NCBI GenBank assembly: GCA_018985225.1
Contig: JADGIF010000451.1
Span: 1 to 8,264 of the forward strand
Direction of reading: 5' to 3'
Source of the DNA: Amoeboradix gromovi X-113
Lineage: Eukaryota > Fungi > Sanchytriomycota
Length of the DNA: 8,264 nucleotides
The notes beneath the pieces were generated by a model. It searched no databases and had not been told where the DNA came from. It saw nothing but the letters and a program-made list of their open reading frames with translations. A program made the position numbers and the translations under genes. Below, one piece after another: positions 1 through 6,567 of the stretch. How positions within the stretch are numbered: the stretch's first letter is position 1; each line of letters opens with the position of its first letter.

Positions 1-230
1 AAAATGACTCTAGAAAAGAGTACCGACTAAGAAAATGTACCTTTTGCTTAGATGCTCAAAGACCTCATATATTTGAAAGAGATGTAGGGTCTTCTAGTTT
101 TATTTTGAAAAGAGAATACAATCAATGAAAGAAAATTGGTATAATAGAAGATCTTTTATTAATGATAGCATTTCCTCCGTATGGAGCACCTTTAAAAACG
201 AGTTAGTCTAGTTTTTATATTTGGTGTCCC
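1..230 (+). mobile_element. Right end of a TIR DNA element (copy 1, truncated by the window edge), candidate Fanzor-carrying transposon
   Basis: 39..230 aligns with the reverse complement of 2277..2468. It ends in the 30-bp TIR AGTTAGTCTAGTTTTTATATTTGGTGTCCC (201..230), followed by AT, after which similarity stops. Confidence 0.85.
3..128 (+). CDS. 3' end of an ORF entering from the window edge; TnpB/Fanzor-like C-terminus (zinc finger CxxC + RuvC-III-like RD), possibly frameshifted
   Basis: Frame +3 is open from the edge: NDSRKEYRLRKCTFCLDAQRPHIFERDVGSSSFILKREYNQ*. CxxC-x9-RD-x6-IL resembles the TnpB/Fanzor CxxC...RDxNAAxNIL motif. Relative to copy 2, a 1-nt deletion near 111 shifts the tail MKENWYNRRSFINDSI out of frame. 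Confidence 0.5.
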   Translation, partial: NDSRKEYRLRKCTFCLDAQRPHIFERDVGSSSFILKREYNQ

Positions 231-246
231 ATGTCTTCCTTAGATA
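153..246 (+). ncRNA. Candidate omegaRNA (conserved right-end scaffold plus flanking guide), copy 1
   Basis: 153..230 differs from copy 2 at only 2 positions, while 84..152 is about 70% identical. Pairings: CTCC-GTAT-GGAG (175..186), TAAAAAC/GTTTTTA (193..199/211..217), GCACC/GGTGT (186..190/223..227). RNA identity and boundaries are inferred. Confidence 0.35.
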
Positions 247-907
247 AAATCATCTTACATACAAGTCTTATTCAATAAACCAAAAGAGACTCTTGAATTA
301 CCTATCCCTACTAAATAGACAGAGACTGTTCTATTTACTATCAATGAGACCTATAGTTCTATGACTTAATTCTAGTAATTTACGCTGAGAGCCCAATGTC
401 AATGGTCGCCTGTTCAGAAACAAAAAGTATAACCATCCAAATCATCAATTTATTAATCCACATGCGTCGCTCTTATAGCTGAAGGCGGTAAAGATTTTGC
501 GCAAAAGTTTGGAAACAAAAATGTAAGACACGATTAGGAGAATGCCACGTCAATATTGACTAAATGATCCAATCGACGCACATAATGTGCGTCCTTGCGA
601 AACGGTACTTCTAAATCGCTTTGTTCCCGTTCAGGATTTTCATAAGGGCAGAGTAAATCTTTAACTTATTCTGTTTTATGGACGCATCGATGTTTATACC
701 ATAATACAATTGCATTCTATTAGTAATCGATTATTTCGAATGTTAAATCTTAAAAAGTTGCGTTAGATAAGAATTACACTAGTTTGTCTAACGACATATT
801 ATGTTTTATGATTGAGTTGATAGCAAGAAGAGCTCATTTCTTTATTTTTTCCTGTTCATTTCTGAAATATTTTAATGTTTCGATTTCCGCAATTCTGATC
901 ATCCCCA

Positions 908-1954
908 ATGTTTGGCAAGATTGCTCAAAGTACCTCTAGACGAGTCGGATATTGGATGATGGGTACTTCTGGTTTAGTAGCGTCTATAATAGTTGTAGGC
1001 GGGATAACTAGACTAACTGAATCAGGGCTTTCTATAACACAGTGGAACCTAATTAGTGGAATGAAATATCCTAGCAAAGACGGATGGTTGGACGAATTTA
1101 CTAAATACAAAGAAACGCCTGAATTCAAACTTCTTAACCATCAAATGACACTAGAAGAGTTCAAGGGTATATATTTTTGGGAATGGGCACATAGGATGCT
1201 TGGAAGATCCATTGGATTGTACATTGTGATCCCCGGTTTATACTTCATATATAAAGGTGAAATGACTATGAGTATGAGAAACAGATCATTGGGCTTAATG
1301 GCGCTTGTTGCAGGACAGGGTGCACTAGGGTGGTACATGGTCAAAAGCGGTCTAGACCCAAAAATTGTTGCAAAATCAGAGGTGCCTCGAGTATCTCCCT
1401 ATAGACTAGCGAGCCACTTAACATCCGCTTTTGCTATTTATTGTACGTCTTTCTACTCTGGACTGCAAATTTTCAAACCACATGTGACCAAGAACAGATT
1501 ATATACTGCAGGGGTTGGCTTGTTTGCCCTAGCTGCCACTACAGTCATCAGTGGCGCATTTGTTGCCGGCTTAGATGCTGGTCTAGTTTATAACACTTGG
1601 CCACTGATGGAAAACTCCTTCATTCCCTCTAAAGATGAAATACTTCATTTGAAACCTAAATGGAAGAATTTATTTGAAAACCAAACTACAGTGCAAATGG
1701 ATCATCGACTTCTAGCATATACAACCTTTGCATCGGTCGTTAGTTTCTATTACTTTACAAAGAAAAAGAACGTACATCCTAAAATTTTATCGGCTGTTAA
1801 AGGTGTTATGCACATGGTTCTCGCACAGGCTACGTTAGGAATAACAACGCTAATCTATTTGGTTCCACTTCCTTTGGCAGCTGCACACCAAGCCGGTAGT
1901 ATTGGGGTTTTAACAACGTTGATGATTATGATTCACAGACTAAGATTGTTTTAG
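908..1954 (+). CDS. COX15: Heme A synthase / cytochrome c oxidase assembly protein COX15
   Basis: Family motifs VGGITRLTESGLSITQW, EFxxYKxxPEF, FWEWAHRMLGR, GQGALGWYMVKSGL, VSPYRLASHL, SGAFVAGLDAGLVYNTWPLM, QMDHRLLA and LAAAHQAG; multiple hydrophobic helices; no introns needed. Confidence 0.97.
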   Translation: MFGKIAQSTSRRVGYWMMGTSGLVASIIVVGGITRLTESGLSITQWNLISGMKYPSKDGWLDEFTKYKETPEFKLLNHQMTLEEFKGIYFWEWAHRMLGRSIGLYIVIPGLYFIYKGEMTMSMRNRSLGLMALVAGQGALGWYMVKSGLDPKIVAKSEVPRVSPYRLASHLTSAFAIYCTSFYSGLQIFKPHVTKNRLYTAGVGLFALAATTVISGAFVAGLDAGLVYNTWPLMENSFIPSKDEILHLKPKWKNLFENQTTVQMDHRLLAYTTFASVVSFYYFTKKKNVHPKILSAVKGVMHMVLAQATLGITTLIYLVPLPLAAAHQAGSIGVLTTLMIMIHRLRLF

Positions 1955-2276
1955 TAAACTATTTTTTGTGTTTTGTTTATATCAGGGATTTGAGTGCCCA
2001 CACTCTTTATCTAACTTTTCGCATAACCCTTTGAATGTTTTCAACCACAAACCGTTTCCAAATATTGCAGGTTCCAACAACAAATTAAAGCATATGCGAC
2101 ATTCTGTATGAAAACTATATTCGGTGCAAAAAACTCATGAGAAAAAGAAAAAGTTGATAGAAGTGTTAGAAACTCAAAAAGTACAGCACTAGAAATACCG
2201 CAACTGCTAAAAGCGTTGACATCTTTGAGAACAATAGATCGGTCACATATATTTCATTTGAAAAATGAAATCTTAT

Positions 2277-2306
2277 GGGACACCAAATATAAAAACTAGA
2301 CTAACT
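2277..2306. repeat. Terminal inverted repeat (element right end)
   Basis: Exact reverse complement of 201..230; 29/30 inverted match to 2695..2724. Confidence 0.95.
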
Positions 2307-2471
2307 CGTATTTAAAGGTGCTCCATACGGAGGAATGCTATCATTAATAAAAGTCCTTCGTTCAAACCAATTTTCTTTCATTAATGCCATTCCCCACTTT
2401 AAAATAAGACAAGATGACCCACTATCTCTTTCAAATATATGAGGTCTTTGAGCATCTAAGCAAAAGGTGTA
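2301..2471 (-). pseudogene. C-terminal remnant of the element ORF (TnpB/Fanzor-like)
   Basis: Reads YTFCLDAQRPHIFERDSGSSCLILKWGMALMKENWFERRTFINDSIPPYGAPLNTS*, with the stop inside the TIR. Many differences from copy 1 are synonymous (TCT/TCA, TTG/TTA, AAA/AAG, AGA/CGA, AGA/AGG) or conservative (F/Y, T/S), indicating coding origin. Confidence 0.6.
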
Positions 2472-2595
2472 CTATCTACTACTTTACCGCTATTATCTTC
2501 CATTTTCTTTTTCTTCTTACCACCTTTCGTATAACTTATATTTGTTTTCTCTTCTTCTTGGTAATCATTATTTCTAAGATTTTGATGGATGAAAG

Positions 2596-2603
2596 CTTTT
2601 ATA
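2596..2603 (-). promoter_or_regulatory. TATA-like box upstream of the element's basic N-terminal ORF remnant
   Basis: TATAAAAG on the minus strand, 27 nt before an ATG at 2568 (MITKKKRKQI*VIRKVVRRKRKWK). AT-rich context makes chance occurrence possible. Confidence 0.3.
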
Positions 2604-2694
2604 CTAAAATAATTTGCTCGAACCAGTCAGATTAATTTAAGTTAATTTACTATCGGTAAATACACTTGAAATAATGATCAAAAGTATTTCAGAA

Positions 2695-2724
2695 AGTTAG
2701 TCTAGTTTTTATATTTGATGTCCC
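2695..2724. repeat. Terminal inverted repeat (element left end)
   Basis: AGTTAGTCTAGTTTTTATATTTGATGTCCC, one mismatch to the inverted right-end TIR. Confidence 0.95.
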
Positions 2725-2758
2725 ATATTGTTTTGTGATGTGAAACCTGTCCGGGAGA

Positions 2759-3808
2759 ATGTCAATTCTAAATCGTAGATATTCAACGGAACTTATTGGT
2801 CAAAAGAATAGACTGATTTTGAGACAGGGAAAAACAAACAGGTCTTTAATATCTGGACATGTGGCCACAGTTTTTGGATGCAGTGGATTTATTGGTAAAT
2901 ACCTGGTAAATCGATTGGGACAGCAGGGTACTCAGGTTATAACTCCTTATCGTGGTGATTCAGAGCGGGTTCGTCATCTTAAAGTCATGGGTGATTTAGG
3001 GCAAATTGTCCAGATGCAATTCGATCCAAAAAACATACAAACTTATGAAGATGCAATTTCAGCTAGTGATACTGTGTATAACCTAATCGGTAGAAACTAC
3101 GACACCAAAAACTTTACAATGGTAGATGCCCAAGTTGAGCCTTCAAAGATTATTGCTGATTTGTGTGCAAAATACGGTACCAGACTGTTCCAAATCAGTC
3201 ATATTGCTGCCAACCCTGAAGCAAAAAGTGTATATCTTCAGTCCAAGTATGATGCGGAACAAGTTGTTAAGCGCATCTACCCTGATGCCACTATAGTTAG
3301 GCTTTCTTCTGTTTTTGGCCACGAAGACCGATTTATTCGTCGCTTTAACTGGCTAACTCTGAATAAGATAACACCATTACCTAATCATGGGAGCACCGTG
3401 TATTATCCTGTTAATGTTAGTGATGTGGCAACCGGCTTGGTCAACTTAATGGGAAGTGAAGGTGTCGAAGGTGGATTTTTTGAGCTTTATGGACCTCGAG
3501 CGTTGTCATTTTCCAAGTGCTTGAATTTGTTTAACCAAACCACTTATAGAAATCCGTACATTGTGAATACCCCACAGTCCGTATTCAAACTATTTGCTGA
3601 ATTTGTGGAGCTATTACCTTTTCCCTGGATTAGTATTGATGAAGTTAAAAGATTGTATGTTGATGAAGCGCCAATAAACTCAAACTCTCTAGATAAGCTG
3701 GTAGATGGGCCTCTGAAGGATTACGAACTAAGCCTGGTAGAATTTGCAAGAAGATATAGATTTCACAATGAGTATGGTAACTCAGCACCGGAACATATCA
3801 ATAAATAA
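2759..3808 (+). CDS. NDUFA9: NADH:ubiquinone oxidoreductase 39/40-kDa accessory subunit (atypical SDR)
   Basis: RSxxSGHVATVFGCSGFIGKYLVNRLGQQGTQVITPYRG, RHLKVMGDLGQI, SDTVYNLIGRNYDTKNF, YLQSKYxAE and ATIVRxSxVFGHEDRF; short Arg/Ser-rich N-terminus (MSILNRRYST) like a mitochondrial presequence. Confidence 0.95.
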   Translation: MSILNRRYSTELIGQKNRLILRQGKTNRSLISGHVATVFGCSGFIGKYLVNRLGQQGTQVITPYRGDSERVRHLKVMGDLGQIVQMQFDPKNIQTYEDAISASDTVYNLIGRNYDTKNFTMVDAQVEPSKIIADLCAKYGTRLFQISHIAANPEAKSVYLQSKYDAEQVVKRIYPDATIVRLSSVFGHEDRFIRRFNWLTLNKITPLPNHGSTVYYPVNVSDVATGLVNLMGSEGVEGGFFELYGPRALSFSKCLNLFNQTTYRNPYIVNTPQSVFKLFAEFVELLPFPWISIDEVKRLYVDEAPINSNSLDKLVDGPLKDYELSLVEFARRYRFHNEYGNSAPEHINK

Positions 3809-3871
3809 CTATTCGCCTCACTTATTGTCCACCATTTAAGAGCATACAGAAAATAAACATCAAATACTTTA

Positions 3872-4894
3872 CTAAAACAAAGGCACATAATTTCCGATGC
3901 GTTCTTTTTGTTGCTGTTGAATACATTCAAATATCCAGATAATATTACGAACTTCTTGCTCACGCAGCTTCAAAAAAGCGTAAAAGATTCCAAAGTGATT
4001 TTGATGCATGAAACTGTTCTTGTTTAAGTGCGCCTCCTTTTCAAAGAACTTATCTTCCAATGACTTGTCAGATGATTCGAACACGCTCGCATACTGGCCG
4101 TATTTAGTGCAAATCTGTCTAACTGCATCTGAATCATTGGCCATACTCAACATATATATCCCTTCTGGATACAAATGACCACACGATGGATATAACTTGA
4201 TTTTATCTTCTTTTGAGAGTTCGACTCCTAAAGAGTTGATTGTAATGTTTATAACTCTTCTATCAGCCTCGAATTTGAGAATCTCGCTCATAACAAGTTC
4301 AGTTGTACCACCAATAGACTGCACGAATTTATAAAAATCCTCTAAATAGAGTTTGTACATAGAATTACGAATTATTTCGATGTTCATTTCATCCAAATCA
4401 TTCGCATCAGTTTCTATAAGGTATGGTGCTAATGGGGTCTCTGTTAGCAATGCCCGTAGCTCAACCATATCAGAAGCGACACAGAGCGCAGGAAGGGCAT
4501 CGAAGTATCCTAAAGGATGGGCTCGATGAATCAGCTCATCAGTATCTCTTTCGTGTAAAGTTCCACTGAGTATCAAGACTACGTTGTCAATCATATACTC
4601 AACGCGAATGTATGACAAAAATCTGTCCAATAATGGAGACGCATTAGCACGGAGATAATTAAAGTCGTCTACTAGCTTTTGATTCAACTTCTGGGCAATA
4701 ACTGTGGTACTTAATGGAGGGGGTTCGTTTTGCAGAAAGTTTCCGTAGTCCGTAGTTGCCAACTGCATTTTGATATCATCCAAGGTTTCGCACTGACATA
4801 AGTTATTGTAAGCGCTATTGCTCAATAATCCAGATCTGTACCCTCTGACTATTCCATCCAAGTACGGCTCGCTAAAGTAAACGGCGTTTAACAT
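3872..4894 (-). CDS. VMA6: V-type proton ATPase V0 subunit d
   Basis: [43 protein letters not shown], [22 protein letters not shown], [14 protein letters not shown] and [17 protein letters not shown]; full length (340 aa). Confidence 0.97.
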   Translation of the reverse strand: MLNAVYFSEPYLDGIVRGYRSGLLSNSAYNNLCQCETLDDIKMQLATTDYGNFLQNEPPPLSTTVIAQKLNQKLVDDFNYLRANASPLLDRFLSYIRVEYMIDNVVLILSGTLHERDTDELIHRAHPLGYFDALPALCVASDMVELRALLTETPLAPYLIETDANDLDEMNIEIIRNSMYKLYLEDFYKFVQSIGGTTELVMSEILKFEADRRVINITINSLGVELSKEDKIKLYPSCGHLYPEGIYMLSMANDSDAVRQICTKYGQYASVFESSDKSLEDKFFEKEAHLNKNSFMHQNHFGIFYAFLKLREQEVRNIIWIFECIQQQQKERIGNYVPLF

Positions 4895-5461
4895 TCAAGT
4901 TTCAAGGATGTCTTGGAGAGCTATCGACCTGCTTGAATAAGCTATTTGTCGCGATAACGTGACTTTTATCGCACAAATAGTTCTATTACCAGAAACTTCT
5001 GATGGTACGAAAATCAAATATTCTTTCATTTCATCAATTCTAAAGCAATTGCTAAAAAATTCTTGATGCGTGCTTCTAGAATGGGAGCATATGATGCATT
5101 TGCAATAATTGAGCACTTGGGATTACAAGCAGTACATTTGTTTCATACTATTTACTTCATGGGCAGGAATCAACTTAATTTAATGTTTGAGACCATGTTG
5201 ACAAAATGCCCTAATTTCAAGTAGGAGGAACACCTAGAAACCACGCTAGGAATCCGAGAACTTTATTTCACCAGATGCGAGAGAAACACATGCAGATGCT
5301 AAATTGTTTGTGAACAAGACGAGATTACAAACATTAGGACTGATTATTAAAATGTTTATCGGTCGAGGTACTGCAACATACGCTCGAGTGCTAACCAGCC
5401 AAGCTTTTTTGAAAGAGATTGCGGTGCATTTCTCATACTGAGAAAAGGCTTAAAGGCATAC

Positions 5462-5535
5462 TATGGGACTTAAACATCCATCCAGGTGGCCCTCTGGGTT
5501 GGAGTTGAGTACATATTCTGAAATTGGGTCCCATA
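5462..5535. repeat. Small fold-back with the same terminal 8-mer as the TIR element
   Basis: TATGGGAC (5462..5469) and GTCCCATA (5528..5535); inner stem TCCA-TCCAG / CTGGG-T-TGGA (5477..5503). Confidence 0.45.
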
Positions 5536-6002
5536 TCATCGACATTGATTACGCGAAGTCTACCTCTCTAATTGATCACCTTTGTACAGTGGTTTAATTA
5601 TTTAACAACTTGTCATAATTTCTTGTCATCAATTACAAATTGGTCCAAACTCTCTCATTCTCAATACATCAAATCTAAAGACATCGCCAACAGATACCGA
5701 ACATGATTTAGAAGTAGATAGCGACCATACCCCAAAATAGAACATTGCCTGAAGTACATACATTCCTGTTCAATTCCAGGTTAGTGGAAAAGTGTTGAAC
5801 CACTGTAGTTTAGTGACTTGCATTACCAGTTTCACTTTGGGATATCTTGATTTTTCGTAAATCAGTATTTTCAACGAGTAGGATATTTTGGCCATTTTCT
5901 TATCTTGATGCAAGTTTATGCTGCCAACAGTAAGAACACTAAAAATTTAGTTGTCTATTGAATTCCTGAATTCTGAATCCAAAACATTAGGTCTCTATAT
6001 TT

Positions 6003-6506
6003 ATGAGCTTGTTTAAAACATTTTACGATAGAAACGATATACCTGCAACATTTCAGAATAATAAAAAGCTACTATGGAAGAGGAATATCAAGGAAATAGA
6101 TTTGCAGCTTTTTCTGCCATTATTTGTTGATGGGTTGCAACTTAATGAGCCCTATTCTACGTTTGCATATCTTGGAACATTGGACCTGATAAGACACGGA
6201 ACAGATTTTGAAAAGACCTTGCCATCAATCATAGTGCCCTTAAAGAAATCTCTTCTTACAAGAAATACTACGAAACTAAAGAAATCTCTGCAGGTCTTGG
6301 AGATCATTGTCTCAACTGGAGACGGAGGTGTTGCATTTATCCCTTTTTTGAGACAGTTTCTCCCGATACTAAATCGGCATTATTCGTCAGTACTGCAGCC
6401 ATTTGTTGAGAAAACCCTGAACTGTTTCATTGAATATGGAGGTGAGGAAGCTGTTAAAAACATTAAGTTTCTCATTCCGATGTTTGACTATTTGTCAAAT
6501 AAGTAA
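6003..6506 (+). CDS. PACRG: Parkin co-regulated (PACRG / PACRG-like) family protein
   Basis: FKTFYDRNDIP, LxWKxxIxxID, FLPLFVDGL, PYxxFAxxGxxDLIxHG, IIVPLKKSL, RQFLPILN and TLxxFxxYGGEEAxxNIKFLIPxF follow the PACRG pattern (FRKFYERGDFP...YLPLFFDGL...RQILPVLN...YGGExAFINIKYxxPTYE). Confidence 0.85.
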   Translation: MSLFKTFYDRNDIPATFQNNKKLLWKRNIKEIDLQLFLPLFVDGLQLNEPYSTFAYLGTLDLIRHGTDFEKTLPSIIVPLKKSLLTRNTTKLKKSLQVLEIIVSTGDGGVAFIPFLRQFLPILNRHYSSVLQPFVEKTLNCFIEYGGEEAVKNIKFLIPMFDYLSNK

Positions 6507-6567
6507 AGAAATTTCAAATAAATGTTCATCACTTCAGATGCATATGGATTTATTAATATTAAATTAT

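Larger units (their letters stand above)
2277..2724 (-). mobile_element. Complete 448-bp non-autonomous TIR element (MITE-like / Fanzor 'ghost' candidate), copy 2
   Basis: TIRs 2277..2306 (GGGACACCAAATATAAAAACTAGACTAACT) and 2695..2724 match at 29/30. AT lies on both sides (2275-6, 2725-6); alternatively TA if the ends are taken 1 nt further out. 192 bp are homologous to 39..230. Confidence 0.9.

Noticed and set aside
1-38. Apparent continued alignment of copy 1 with 2469..2506 (shared AAAATG at equal distance)
   Set aside because: Only about a third of the intervening bases match and copy 2 has several stops in that frame; treated as coincidence beyond the deletion breakpoint.
925-1344. Two 67-aa minus-strand ORFs
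   Set aside because: Antisense shadows inside COX15 with no recognisable motifs.
1-2468. One large composite transposon enclosing COX15, formed by the inverted copies
   Set aside because: The TIR tips at 230 and 2277 face COX15, so the gene lies outside both elements; copy 2 has its own partner TIR at 2695..2724.
2414-2635. 73-aa hydrophobic plus-strand ORF
   Set aside because: Antisense of the purine-rich element strand; Phe/Leu/Ile richness follows from T-richness, and the substitution pattern supports coding on the minus strand.
3763-3963. 66-aa ORF, and likewise the 79-aa ORF at 6430..6669
   Set aside because: They overlap confident genes in other frames and have no motifs.
4895-5116. 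73-aa minus-strand ORF abutting the VMA6 start (TGA directly before ATG, same frame)
   Set aside because: It has a non-ATG start and no similarity to known proteins; VMA6 is already full length, so a readthrough extension is not needed.
5250-5940. Short open stretches of 44-60 codons on both strands between VMA6 and PACRG
   Set aside because: No recognisable family motif; may be decayed coding DNA but cannot be supported.
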